A stretch of 64,000 nt of DNA, taken from an uncultured virus (IMG/VR IMGVR_UViG_3300009164_003041). Taxonomy: Duplodnaviria > Heunggongvirae > Uroviricota > Caudoviricetes. The notes below the pieces were generated by a model. The model had not been told where the DNA came from. It made no database searches and was given only the letters and a program-made list of their open reading frames with translations. Every line of letters begins with the position of its first letter. Position 1 is the stretch's first letter. Where the stretch lies: IMG/VR virus record IMGVR_UViG_3300009164_003041; one strand, written 5' to 3'. Positions 48,017-59,547 of this stretch are shown here, one piece after another. The translations under genes and the position numbers were made by a program.

Positions 48017-49543
48017 ATGCGTGATATTATAGACACATTAGAACTTATTAACGAAAGCACGGGACTAGCGGGTAGAAGAACGGGTGACGTTTTTCGCAAC
48101 GAAGCCGGTGATGAGATTACCTTTGACAACATAATGTTTGTCCCTGAACAGGGAGGAAAACTAGAGGATAAGGATCTAGATGATGCCCTCATTTCTGTTG
48201 ACGATAATGTCCAATGGCTTAACAATCGCACCGGTCGTACAGGAGGGTATGCTATTGCTACCTTCAATGGTCCCGACGGTCCCTTATATTTTGGTAGATA
48301 TTTAGAAAATGTCAAGGCTAACTTTGTGTCTAACTATGTTCCTAATCAAGTAGCAGGATATAAACTTGCCACGAAGACTGCATTGAAATCTCAAGCAGGT
48401 TTGACTCCGCAAGAACTTCTAACAGAAAAGACAGACCTAACAGTAAACGATATCATTACTCAGCTTTCAGTAAGCTTGGGCACTAACAATCCGCTTTATG
48501 CAGTTGCATATAAGCTGGCTACAGGTGAACCACTTCCAATGACTTTTGCTGCTCCACCTGGAGTTAGCTTCTCTGCATTTAGAGATTACTTCTGTGAAAT
48601 TTTACAACCCATTGCACTCCAAAGAGGACAGTATACAGGAAATGCAGGTGAAGCTGCTGAAATCTTTTTAGGCGGCAGCTTTGATGGTACACTAATCTCA
48701 TTTGATTTCAGCAAGACCGCTGGATTGAGTGATAGTACAATGGCTAACGAAGACGGTAAGTATATAAAGGTTAGCAGCAAGGGCGGTACCGGTGCAACTG
48801 CTAGTACAAAGAATCTCATCATTAGCATTGATGAACTTGCACATACCCCTAACGGTAAAAAGCTACTTGAGGATCATCCCGAAGTTGTAGAAATGCTTCG
48901 TGAGATAGCTGCATTAGGTCAAGTAGGTGCTCCTCTTGGTTTAGGAGTTAAGTTTGACATCATCGATGATGAAGACGCTGCACAGATTCGTGACTTAAAA
49001 GATACCCCGCCTGTCAAAGCAGATAAGATCGATGATCTTGGGTTGAGTGATAATCTTGTAAGGTTAGCTAAATCTAGAAAGCCCGACAATCCAGAAAGAA
49101 TCAGTCTGTACTTCCATCTAATCGCAGCAATAGCACACAAAGTTGCAAAGGAAGTAAACGAGACTACTGGATTCAGTAAGGCAGCGGCAGACATTCTTAA
49201 TAACGGTGCATTAGTACAAGTTTATACCAAGGCCAAGGAAGGCAAGGAAACTTGGACACTGGATGAATTCACTACTGTTTATCCCGGTAATAGCATCAGG
49301 GGAGTTTATCTATCAGCTTCCAAAACGTACTACAGCACAGGCATCAAGGGTAACTTCACGTTCAAGATTGATCGTGGTAAGGGAGTACCCGAAGACGATA
49401 AACCGGGTGAAATGAGAGCTAAGAGAGTTCCTACAGATAAGGACTTTGAGAAGAAAGCTGCCGATATTGCTTTGGGTAGAGAAAAGCCCAAAGAAAGAAT
49501 TCCTTCTAAAATGGGTGACGTTGGTCGTGCGTTACGAAAGTAA
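48017..49543 (+). CDS. large hypothetical protein, possibly PD-(D/E)xK-like
   Basis: DYFCEIL...GLSDS...IKVSSKG weakly resembles a restriction-like nuclease core. Confidence 0.5.
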   Translation: MRDIIDTLELINESTGLAGRRTGDVFRNEAGDEITFDNIMFVPEQGGKLEDKDLDDALISVDDNVQWLNNRTGRTGGYAIATFNGPDGPLYFGRYLENVKANFVSNYVPNQVAGYKLATKTALKSQAGLTPQELLTEKTDLTVNDIITQLSVSLGTNNPLYAVAYKLATGEPLPMTFAAPPGVSFSAFRDYFCEILQPIALQRGQYTGNAGEAAEIFLGGSFDGTLISFDFSKTAGLSDSTMANEDGKYIKVSSKGGTGATASTKNLIISIDELAHTPNGKKLLEDHPEVVEMLREIAALGQVGAPLGLGVKFDIIDDEDAAQIRDLKDTPPVKADKIDDLGLSDNLVRLAKSRKPDNPERISLYFHLIAAIAHKVAKEVNETTGFSKAAADILNNGALVQVYTKAKEGKETWTLDEFTTVYPGNSIRGVYLSASKTYYSTGIKGNFTFKIDRGKGVPEDDKPGEMRAKRVPTDKDFEKKAADIALGREKPKERIPSKMGDVGRALRK

Positions 49544-49614
49544 TAGGTAACCAAACGTGTTGCTTTTAGTACAAAGATAGTCTATTGTTGTTATATCATT
49601 AAGAAGGATATTAC

Positions 49615-50205
49615 ATGAGCCTAGTCCCAATCGTACTCGAACAAACCAGCCGCGGTGAACGCAGCTACGACATTTACTCACGCTTGCTTAGGGATCGTGT
49701 CATTTTGCTTGAAGGCGAAGTGCATGACCAGATGGCTAACTTGATTGTTGCCCAGCTTCTCTATCTTGAATCAGAAGATTCGGATAAGGATATTTCTCTC
49801 TACATTAACAGCCCTGGTGGAAGTGTCACTGCTGGTATGGCAATCTATGACACTATGCAGTTTATCAAGCCGGAAATCACTACGATTGTGATGGGTCAGG
49901 CCTGTTCGATGGGGTCGCTTCTTGCACAAGCAGGTGCACCCGGTAAGCGAATGATGCTTCCACATGCTCGTCACATGATTCACCAGCCCTCAGGTGGCGC
50001 ACGTGGTCAGGCAACTGACATGTTGATTCAAGTCAATGAAATCCTCGCAATGAAGAAGTCATTGACCGAAATCTACGTTCGTCACAATTCAGTTGGCAAG
50101 ACCTATGATGTGTTGGCAGCAGATATGGAACGTGATTATTTCATGTCTGCCCAAGAAGCACTTGACTACGGTCTAATTGATAAGATCGTTGATAAGCGAG
50201 TCTAA
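49615..50205 (+). CDS. clpP: ClpP protease subunit
   Basis: [34 protein letters not shown]. Confidence 0.96.
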   Translation: MSLVPIVLEQTSRGERSYDIYSRLLRDRVILLEGEVHDQMANLIVAQLLYLESEDSDKDISLYINSPGGSVTAGMAIYDTMQFIKPEITTIVMGQACSMGSLLAQAGAPGKRMMLPHARHMIHQPSGGARGQATDMLIQVNEILAMKKSLTEIYVRHNSVGKTYDVLAADMERDYFMSAQEALDYGLIDKIVDKRV

Positions 50206-50245
50206 CGTATATTGTGTGATTTTCAAAGTATAAAAGATACAATAA

Positions 50246-50797
50246 ATGAAGACTGATACCAATATTGATAAAATTCAAAATGTACTACTTGATAATAGCA
50301 TCCACTTTTTAGTAGGTGAAATCACTAGTGAAAATATCAATGAAGCTATCAAATGGATCACCTTTGAAAATCTCACTAAAAAATCAAAGACGCTAACTCT
50401 ATACATAAACAGTGAGGGCGGTGACTTATATCAAGCGTTTGCATTAATTGACGTTATGAATAAGAGTCACCGCCCTATCAAGACTATAGGGTTAGGAAGT
50501 ATAATGAGTGCTGCGTTCTTGATTTTTGCTTGCGGCACTAAGGGACAGCGTTACATTGCTCCTAACACAGGTATAATGTGTCATCAGTTTAGTGGTGTGG
50601 TAGAAAATAAGTACCATGACATCAAAGCCCAGATGGTAGAGAATGAACTATGTAATGAGCGGATGCTTAATGTTTTGATCAGGGCTACTGGTAAATCTAA
50701 ATCATTCGTTCAACAACGTCTATTACCCCCTAGCGATGTATACCTGACAGCAGATGATGCTATTTCTTATGGAATCGCGGATAAGCTGTTCGAATAG
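50246..50797 (+). CDS. second, divergent ClpP-like protease
   Basis: YINSEGG, IMSAA, MCHQF, DVYLTA, YGIAD. Confidence 0.85.
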   Translation: MKTDTNIDKIQNVLLDNSIHFLVGEITSENINEAIKWITFENLTKKSKTLTLYINSEGGDLYQAFALIDVMNKSHRPIKTIGLGSIMSAAFLIFACGTKGQRYIAPNTGIMCHQFSGVVENKYHDIKAQMVENELCNERMLNVLIRATGKSKSFVQQRLLPPSDVYLTADDAISYGIADKLFE

Positions 50798-51065
50798 GGT
50801 TGACATAGCATATATTAATATGATAGCGTAATAAATACTACTTTAATAGGGAGGGCTGATATGAATTCATATCGTACAGTAACAAAAATTGGATCTCCCG
50901 GATCTAGTAAAGAACTAGATTATGTAGTAAATATTTACCACAAAGGTAAGTTTAAAGTTGCATATCGTTATAGAGACTGGACCGAAGACGCAGTATACAA
51001 AGAGCTTGATCTTCTCAGGATAAGGTTTAGTGATAGCAATGGGTACCTAATTAAGTTGTAAGTCA

Positions 51066-51160
51066 TTGATTTATAAGAGCCAAAAATAATTCACTTTTTG
51101 GCGAAAAAAAGGTTGACTTCGGGTATCCGATTTGCTATTATACATCATAAGCTGAGAAAA
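51066..51160 (+). repeat. promoter-stem-loop cassette A2
   Basis: Direct repeat of 38536..38630; GCCAAAAA/TTTTTGGC hairpin upstream of TTGACT. Confidence 0.9.
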
Positions 51161-52435
51161 CGGAGACAGACATGATCATTCAAGTTCATCACACTGTTCA
51201 TAACGAACTCACCGGTAACCCTGAAGGACACGAGCATATCGCTAACGTGATCATTGCAGGTTCCCCCATCAACATCAACGAGGCTCTTGAGTACGCTTAT
51301 CGCTGGACTCAGAACATCGAAGGTTCGTGGTCGATGGAGCCCAATGATAACCCCGATTATAACCCTGCTGTTGAAGTTGTCAAACCGCTTCGCACTTGGT
51401 CGGACGGTCGGGCGATGGGTCATCGTTCTTCGATGATGTATGATCGTATGATTGTCGATGGTATCACTTACGAAGTTTCTGCTTTTGGTTTTCGTGAAAT
51501 GGAGATTGCATAATGTCAAAGAAATATGATGAACGTCACGGCGGTCCGTATGATCGCGGGTCTGCTGATAGCTACTATCGTCGGGGATATCGCCCTCACT
51601 ATTACGTAGGTGCTACTATGATGTCCGACAAGGTTGAGAAGGATCAGATGACCCCTGAGGAAATCGAAGCCTACACAGCGGGTTATGATGCCAACGAAGA
51701 AGACGGTAACTTTAAGGATTGGGGTTAAGATTATGGAAGTTCTTAAGAAGATTGCTGAAGGTGTTTTCAGCTTTGGAATGCTTGTGTTCTTGATATTCGC
51801 AGGATTCGCATTTCTACTGTACGCTACGTTTACCGCAGAATATGAGCGCAGTGAGCAGACTCGCCGGAAGACCGAAGCCTGCTACGAGCGGGCTATGGTC
51901 CTCGTCAACACTGACGCCGGTCAGCGGTGTGTGGATCCTCGCTCACTTGTGAAGGTGAAATAATATGTTTTATTTGATTGTTTCGTTTGCCATTTTGGCA
52001 TATCGAGTGTATAAGGCAGCTCAAACCGACTTCACATTCGGACCAGAACATAGATTTCGGAAAGAGAATGAGATCAATGCCGATAAAGTAGTCATGTATG
52101 CAGTCACTACGGTAATCATCTCTGTATTTTGGATTTTTGTATTGCCTTGCTATGGCTTCTGGCTGCTCGGTAAACGTTTTAAGAAAGAGGCGAAGTAAAT
52201 GAGTTTTTGGTTGATTGTTTTCCTATTCACAAGTGACGGTGAGTTCCACGAAAAAAGTAGCTATGAGACTGCTTCCAAAGAACAATGTGTTTCTATGGCA
52301 GGGGATGAAGCCCGCAAGTTGGTCAACTCCCAGATGCAGATGCAATTCTACTGTGTGAGCAACGATCATTATACGGGTAGGTCAATCGATGATGGTATTC
52401 CGCTTGACTAAATTTAACCGTTCAAGCTGGTAAAA

Positions 52436-52490
52436 AAAAATCGTACCTTAGGTCATTTTTTGGTTGACTTCGGATACCCTTTTTGCTATA
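52436..52490 (+). promoter_or_regulatory. early promoter cassette B2
   Basis: AAAATCGTACC..AGGTCATTTTT.GGTTGACTTCGG.TACCC.TTTTGCTATA, similar to 37774. Confidence 0.75.
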
Positions 52491-53270
52491 TTGAATCATA
52501 GACAGAAACGAACGAACGGAGATACGAACATGATCTACACTCTCAAGATTTATCGTTATGATCGTCGCTGCAAGAGTGGTGAACGCTTCGTCAAGTCCTA
52601 CGAGTATGACCGTAAGGACGATGCTTCGATGGATCGTGAAGTCAATGCGCTTCGCGGCTGTGGCTACTTTGACGATATGTTCCGCATCGAATATGCTCCC
52701 AAGTTCATCACTGTCAAGAACATGATTAGCGGCAAGGATGTGCAGATTGCTGCTGACACGCCTTGGAACTGCCGCCCCGACTCTGAATCCTACTGGAGCG
52801 CATAAAATGGTAACCGATATTGATCACGCCCTGCGTATCGTCCAGAAGATGGCGAAGGAACGCTGCAAGACTACCGGCGATGTCCTTAACGAATTTCTCA
52901 AGTATGTAGAGAATAACGAGGTCAATCATTTTTGGCCTGACGAAAACACAGCATGTCTGATGCTGCTTAAGCGGCGAGTTAATCAGTAATGCTGCATTAT
53001 ATCCCTTCAAAAATTACTATCTATAAGGAAAATAAAATGGAAACTGTTGCTAAGATTATCGGCCTCGCCATCGTAGGTATTGCCGCTATTATTGTTCTTG
53101 GGCTTATTCTTAGCCTGCCGGTCATGTGGCTTTGGAATGCCTGTCTCGTTGCTGCTGTTCCTGGCATCAAGGAAATTGGATGGCTCCAAGCTTGGGGCAT
53201 TCTGATTCTGTGCGGATTGCTCTTTAAGAACTCGTCTAGTTCATCTAATTCATCTTCTAACTAAAAGTAT

Positions 53271-53303
53271 TGCCCTGATAGTTCTCTGTCAGGGCATTAT
53301 TTT
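53271..53303 (+). terminator. probable terminator
   Basis: TGCCCTGATAG/CTGTCAGGGCA stem followed by TTATTTT. Confidence 0.65.
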
Positions 53304-53945
53304 GGGTGGTTTGGTCATAGTTTTTTATTGACATCAGTTCGTTCTTAGTGCATAATACATATATTGTGATAAGCAGGAGATTGATATGAACCGTGTTGTT
53401 GAGAATGGAAATGTAGCTGTGTTGTATTCTCCGGGATACGGCGCGGGTTGGTATTCGTGGAACGATTGTGAAGCTCTGTTATTTGATCCTGTCATTGTTG
53501 AAATGGTCCGTAACGACCGCAATGATGAGATTGAGTCGTATGTTGCCCGTGCATATCCTGAATTGAACGTCTACTGCGGCGGTGCCGAAACATTGACTGT
53601 CGCATGGATTCCTATCGGTGAACGTTTTCAAATTGATGAATATGACGGTGCTGAATCTGTCATCCTCGAATCCGAAGAAGTCTGGATTACTGCATAATGT
53701 ATATTCTAATCGTTCTCGCTACTATGACTAATCTCGGTACTTATCCTACTCAGGCCCGCTGTGAGGCTGCTGTGCGTAGTGTCTATGAGCAACGTCTTGA
53801 CCCGTATCGTTTGTTGTCTAAGGCTGCATTGAAGTCCCTGCTAGACAACCAAATGCGGTACGTTGCCCCAACCGAGTACCTCTGCCGAAAAATTTAGATT
53901 TTCGGATAAATATGTTCGTACTAGACTACAAAAAGGATAAACGGT

Positions 53946-54188
53946 ATGGACATATTAGGACAACTCAAGGGTATGCTTGCTGAGGCTGACGGTAAACTTA
54001 GCAACAAGCGTGTTATCACCTTATCAAGCACGGTAATGCTCATAGTAGCGTTTGTAGCCAATGTGTTTATGAATAAGCATATTGACGATAACATCTTAAA
54101 CGCTATCATGTTCGTTATCATTGGTGGTATGGGTATCACAGGTATGGAAAAGTTTGCCCCTAAAATAACTGATCAACTTAAAAAATAA
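53946..54188 (+). CDS. two-TM small membrane protein (holin-like?)
   Basis: TAAATA promoter, two TM segments, charged C-terminus. Confidence 0.5.
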   Translation: MDILGQLKGMLAEADGKLSNKRVITLSSTVMLIVAFVANVFMNKHIDDNILNAIMFVIIGGMGITGMEKFAPKITDQLKK

Positions 54189-54250
54189 CGCTTGACATTC
54201 CCTCGTTTTGGACGTATACTGAATCTATAAGTTCAAGACGAGGTTTGTTT

Positions 54251-54646
54251 ATGGATATGCTCATAGTCGGCAACGAAGTCACTATCAAAGTTGAAAATGT
54301 ATTGTGGCCCGTGCGGGACCGATACGCTGGTGGCGTTGCCGGTCCTGAGTTCAATGTCTATACCGGAACTATCATGCGTGAGAAGTGGTTTGGTGCTGAT
54401 GAGATTGGCATTACTACCGGCGATCCTCGCTTCCCGTTTCGTCGCATTCAGCGCCAGCGTATTGTAGCAGTCAACGAGAAGACTGTAGACTATACTCCTG
54501 TCAAGTCTGATCGTATTGAAATCACTGTGCAGGGTTCTAAGGGCAACACGTATGTTGTCACTAAAGAAAACGGCAAGGCTTCTTGCACTTGTGCTGGTTT
54601 TCAGTTCCGTAAGACTTGCAAGCACTCTCAAGAAGTACTAGTATGA
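54251..54646 (+). CDS. SWIM zinc-finger protein
   Basis: GSKGNTYVV...CTCAGFQFRKTCKH. Confidence 0.75.
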   Translation: MDMLIVGNEVTIKVENVLWPVRDRYAGGVAGPEFNVYTGTIMREKWFGADEIGITTGDPRFPFRRIQRQRIVAVNEKTVDYTPVKSDRIEITVQGSKGNTYVVTKENGKASCTCAGFQFRKTCKHSQEVLV

Positions 54647-54855
54647 ACGCTGCAAAAGAAAACACATTCAGAGCATTGAGGGAAGAAGAATTACTTGTGA
54701 CTAATTTTTGGTGTAGGTTTGGTTGGCATACGTGGACCAAATATCGTGAACCCGAAATCGTGCGTGAGGGTATCTACAAATTGAAAATTCAAGAACGTAG
54801 ATGCGGGTATTGTAATGTCACCAATCGTAAAGTCTTGAATAAGGATTATTAATCA

Positions 54856-55781
54856 ATGTCAATGCATCTTGTAGGTCCTTATCTGACCACTACCAATTAC
54901 AGCAAGCGCAAGACTAAGATGACTGCTGCCAAACAAGCTAAGTTACAAGAGCAGTGGCATAAGCATAACAAGTGGCTAAAGAGCATTCGCTTGCCCAAAA
55001 TTACCTTTGAGGAATATGAAGACTATATCACTGGTAAAAAGAGGGCTCCTATCAAGGCTGCTATTAAAAGTCCCTTTGACACAAAGGCTTACGTGAGAGA
55101 GACTCCAAATTATCCTAGCCTTAACACTGATCTTAAAGACCTTAAGGAATCATGTGCTAAGAGAGAAGAAATGAAGTATACTGGTACTTTGGTCAAGGGC
55201 ATCGCAACTATGCACAAGAGCAATGCTGTTCCTGTCATCGATCAGAAGCAGATGGAAGAAATCTCTAGGATGCGTCGAGGTTAAACTAAGAGGTAATTAT
55301 GCGTAAAGAACTTGATGAATTGCTGTGTGTGAAGTACCCTAAGATTTTCAGGGACCGAAACGCACCCATGAATCAAACCTGCATGTGTTGGGGATTCGAT
55401 TGTGGTGATGGATGGTTCAACATCATTGACATGCTTTGTGCTAACATTCAAGGTCACATTGACCGTGTTGAACGGCAGCGAGATTCCACTATCAAATGGA
55501 ATGAAAATGTGAATGATCCTAACTTTGAATGGATGTCATTTGTTAAACGAGAAGAACGACCTGTTCCGGAACTCGTTGATCAAGTTGTTGCTGTACAGGT
55601 AAAAGAAAAGTTTGGTACGTTGCGTTTCTACTATAACGGCGGCGACGATTTCATTAATGGGTTAGAGCGTATGGCAGAGTCGATGTCGGCTGTTACTTGT
55701 GAGGAATGCGGCAACCCGGGAACTATCACCAAAGGCGGCTGGATTCGTACTCTATGTGAAACTCATAAAAAGGAAAAATGA
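54856..55781 (+). other. two conserved-looking phage CDS (54856..55284; 55299..55781)
   Basis: YTGTLVKGIATMHKSNAVPV; QVKEKFGTLRFY...CEECG. Confidence 0.7.
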
Positions 55782-56620
55782 TGAAAATTGCATTAGCAAG
55801 TGATCTACATTTGGAATTTCAGACTATCACGCTTCCCAACACTGAGGGAGCGAAGGTCCTGATTCTATCCGGTGACATCTGTGTAGCACACTCGCTACAT
55901 GATCATCCGATTGACAAGACTATTCCTGTCGATGCAATGAAGCCCGGTAGGAATGAGGGTGCTGCTATTCGGTTTCGTGAGTTCTTTCGTCATGTAAGTA
56001 TGGAGTACGATCACGTAGTTTATGTGGCGGGTAACCATGAGTTCTATCATGGTCTCTTCCCTGATGTATATGACTGGTTGCGTACTGAAATGGTAAACTA
56101 CCCTAATATTCACTTTCTGAATCGTGAGAGTGTAGAGATTGAGGGCGTGACCTTTCTTGGTGGTACGCTTTGGACAGACATGCATCGTGCTGACCCACTT
56201 ACACTGCGAGTTATTGAGTCTGCGTTGAATGATTTTAGGATCATCCGAAACAGTCAGCATAACTATCGTCGTTTCCTTCCTATGGACACGGTCCTTGATC
56301 ACCGAGCAACCCTTGAGTATATCAAGCAAGTCGTTGATGCTGATCCTGCTAAGAAGTACGTTGTAGTTGGGCATCATGCCCCTACTGCACTGAGTGTTCA
56401 CGAGAAGTATAAGGATGATCACTATGTGAACGGAGGCTACTACAGTGACTTGTCAGAATTCATTCTAGATCGTCCTCAGATCGCCCTCTGGACACATGGA
56501 CACATGCATGATCCTTCTGACTACATGATGGGAGAGACACGCATCGTGTGCAATCCTAGGGGCTATAAGGGGCATGACCCTCAGGCTGACCTCTTTCAAT
56601 TAAAGTTTTTGGAGATTTGA
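55778..56620 (+). CDS. calcineurin-like metallophosphoesterase
   Basis: SDLHLE, SGDI, AGNHEFY, GHHAP, HGHMH, NPRGY. Confidence 0.9.
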   Translation: MMKIALASDLHLEFQTITLPNTEGAKVLILSGDICVAHSLHDHPIDKTIPVDAMKPGRNEGAAIRFREFFRHVSMEYDHVVYVAGNHEFYHGLFPDVYDWLRTEMVNYPNIHFLNRESVEIEGVTFLGGTLWTDMHRADPLTLRVIESALNDFRIIRNSQHNYRRFLPMDTVLDHRATLEYIKQVVDADPAKKYVVVGHHAPTALSVHEKYKDDHYVNGGYYSDLSEFILDRPQIALWTHGHMHDPSDYMMGETRIVCNPRGYKGHDPQADLFQLKFLEI

Positions 56621-56928
56621 CTATGGTTGATATTATTTGGGAATCGAAGTTGGATGAAGTGTTCGATTGTAAGGTCGAACGCATTGACGAGAGCCGCGGT
56701 AAGCTGACTGTCGTTGATCAATTTGATCGTATCCTTCTTGACACGGAAGTTGGACTGTCATATGGTGCAATGTTTGGACCTGACGTAGCAGACGTTGCCC
56801 TTTGGGAAGACATGGTAATTAAGGTTATCGACGGATAATTACCCGTTTCACTTGTGTTAACGGGTGTACTGTTGTATTATTATAACATGCTATGAGAAAT
56901 TGTAGCTACTAAACTAAGAGGAAAAACT

Positions 56929-57198
56929 ATGACTACTGTAACTATGACTAAGGCCGAGCGCCTCATTGAAGCGTTCAAGCGCGGTGACGAACTCACTGCA
57001 AAGCAGATTGCTGCTCGTTTTGGCATTGCCAACCCGACTGCGACTGTAAGTGATCTTCGCTTGCGTTATGGTCACGCTGTTTATGCTAATCAGCGTACCG
57101 ATACCAAGGGCCGTGTCACTACGAAGTATAGCTTGGGTCGTCCTAGCCGCAAGGTTGTTGCTGCTGGATACCGCGCTCTCGCTAACGGCACCGTCTAA
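56929..57198 (+). CDS. small winged-HTH DNA-binding protein
   Basis: LTAKQIAARFGIANPTATVSDLR; followed by terminator 57213-57245. Confidence 0.7.
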   Translation: MTTVTMTKAERLIEAFKRGDELTAKQIAARFGIANPTATVSDLRLRYGHAVYANQRTDTKGRVTTKYSLGRPSRKVVAAGYRALANGTV

Positions 57199-57262
57199 TC
57201 TAGACACAAGGTTTGAGGGGTCCTTTCAAAATCCCTCATTTTTTTGGTAAGAAAGTATCATA

Positions 57263-58134
57263 ATGACGTTGACTCTTGTTCTAGTTTCTGCACTGGCTTT
57301 CTTTTTCGGTTACCAATTAGGTGTCGCTAAAATTAAAACAATTATTGCTAGTCGAGCCTTTGAAGAAATTCGAGCCAAAGCTATGATTCCCGTTTGCGTA
57401 GCAGAATGTGTTGAGCAGACTTATTATCTATACGAGAAAGATACTGACAAGTTTATGTGTCAGGCTTCTTCACTTGAAGCACTTCCACAAAGTCTCTTTG
57501 ATACTAGAAAGATCAACCTAGCACTAGTGTTGTTCCCGACAGCATCCAACAGTGACAATTATTGGATCATCAACGGAAAGATCAAGAAGCTAGAATCAAA
57601 ATGAGAGTAAAACTCGGGCGCTATCTTAGTTCGAAAGAACGAAAGATAGACATTCAAATTGATAACTTTGATACGTGGTCACTAGACCACACCTTGTCTT
57701 TGATTATCTTGCCTGCACTCATTCAACTAAAGCACACAAAGCACGGCATCCCGTCAGAATTTGTAAATGACAGTGCAGAAGATTATCATGATCAACTTAC
57801 GTTTGACTTCATGAAGGAAGACAAAGATGAGGTCTTCCAAAAAGGATGCGATTCATGGGACGAAACTCTTGACAAGATGATTTGGTCTTTTCAACAGATT
57901 GCGTTAGATAACTATGAAAATCAGTATCATCACGGGGATATAAAGATTGGTTGGAAAGAATCCAAAATACAAATTCCTAATCCTGTAACCGGGAAGACAG
58001 AACCCACATACGAAATGGTCGATGAGAATCCTGATGAACACTGGTATGATCAGGTAGGACATGCGTTGCATGAAGAACGAATCCAAGAAGGTGTGGATTT
58101 GTTTGCAAAATATTTTAGGAACCTTTGGGACTAA
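57263..58134 (+). other. two hypothetical CDS (57263..57604; 57601..58134)
   Basis: Coupled ORFs. Confidence 0.65.
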
Positions 58135-58135
58135 T

Positions 58136-58462
58136 ATGACTCACGTAGTAACTGATAGCTGCATCAAATGTAAGTACACGGACTGCGTAACAGTATGTCC
58201 GGTTGACTGTTTTTACGAAGGACCAAACTTCCTAGTCATTAACCCTGACGAATGCATAGACTGCGGAGTCTGTATTCCCGAATGTCCGGTTAATGCAATT
58301 GTGACGCATGATGATAAGAGCGTCGATAATATACAAGAGTGGATAGACATCAATCAACGATTGTCTAGACAATGGCCAAACATCACGCAATCAAAGAGTC
58401 CGTTGCCCGATGCTGAAAAATGGAAGAACGTTCCTAACAAGATTGACCTATTAGAGGATTGA
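58136..58462 (+). CDS. fdxA: FdxA-type 7Fe/8Fe ferredoxin
   Basis: [41 protein letters not shown]. Confidence 0.92.
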   Translation: MTHVVTDSCIKCKYTDCVTVCPVDCFYEGPNFLVINPDECIDCGVCIPECPVNAIVTHDDKSVDNIQEWIDINQRLSRQWPNITQSKSPLPDAEKWKNVPNKIDLLED

Positions 58463-58465
58463 GAT

Positions 58466-58696
58466 ATGAAGATTTTTGATACATTTGAAGAAGTAGAGGG
58501 CATGGATCCTTGCATGAAGCGTCCTATGATCGTTCATGCTAAGAAGATGGATGAAGAGTTCCAGGTTAACACCCTTGAGGGGAACTATAAGCAGGGTAAG
58601 CCAGGTGATTATCTGATGCGAGGCATCGATGGAGAGCTATATATCTGTGACGGATCCATCTTTGAACGATCTTATGATATGGTTGTAGAATTATAA
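58466..58696 (+). CDS. PGDY-motif small protein
   Basis: TLEG...GKPGDYLMRGIDGELY. Confidence 0.6.
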   Translation: MKIFDTFEEVEGMDPCMKRPMIVHAKKMDEEFQVNTLEGNYKQGKPGDYLMRGIDGELYICDGSIFERSYDMVVEL

Positions 58697-59127
58697 TGAA
58701 GCCAAAGTTTATTGATTACTTCATGAAGTTTGCAGAGTTGACTAGCGCACTCAGCTATGCCAAACGTTTAAAGGTAGGTGCTGTTATTGTGAGAGGTGAC
58801 AGTCAGATCATAGCAACCGGTTACAACGGCATGCCTAGTAGCTGGGACAACAATTGCGAACTTACTCTAGAAGACGGTTCGTTAAAGACTCGTCCAGAGG
58901 TACTCCACGCAGAATCGAATGCCCTAATGAAGGTGGCAAGATCAACTGAGTCAAGTGAGGGTGCAACTCTGTTTTGTACTCACGCACCTTGCATTGATTG
59001 CGCCAAACTAATATATCAAGCCGGTGTTACTACTGTATACTACAAAGAGACTTACAGAGATGACAGTGGCTTGCGCTTTCTAAGTCAAGGAGGCATCAAT
59101 GTCATTCAACACAGCGACCGCACATAA
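58696..59127 (+). CDS. dCMP deaminase
   Basis: VGAVIV, GYNG, HAESNA, PCIDC. Confidence 0.92.
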   Translation: MKPKFIDYFMKFAELTSALSYAKRLKVGAVIVRGDSQIIATGYNGMPSSWDNNCELTLEDGSLKTRPEVLHAESNALMKVARSTESSEGATLFCTHAPCIDCAKLIYQAGVTTVYYKETYRDDSGLRFLSQGGINVIQHSDRT

Positions 59128-59547
59128 AACAGAAGTAAAATTTCCGTTTGGGGAACTTGATTCCATGATTGAGTGGTGTGAAAAGAACTGCCGCTCTGAA
59201 TGGAAGTTTGGTGATAGCGACAACGGTTACACATTTTATTTTGATTCCGAAAAAGACTATTTTGCATTTATGATTTGGAAAGCATAATGAAGTACTACAT
59301 ATTTGCTAGGGAATCTGACAAGTTTGATGACATTCTTAAAGATATAGCGGTAAAGCCGGTTATCAGACATAAGATTAGATTCAAGAACCATTTGATCCTT
59401 GGCTTCTCTGACGATGATGAAAAGATCATATCATACATGACTATTAAGTATGGTGATGACCTGACCTCATTCAACCACATTGCGGCTGATCGAACTCCTA
59501 TCATGAACAAAGATTATATTCCTAAAAAGAAATCGGTATCAGGTTAG
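59099..59547 (+). other. two small hypothetical CDS (59099..59287; ~59287..59547)
   Basis: Coupled ORFs. Confidence 0.55.

Larger units (their letters stand above)
51172..53897 (+). other. array of small early CDS (51172, 51513, ~51733, 51965, 52199, 52530, ~52807, ~53037, 53386, 53697)
   Basis: Short coupled ORFs behind TTGAC-type promoters; several membrane peptides; no assignable function. Confidence 0.65.
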
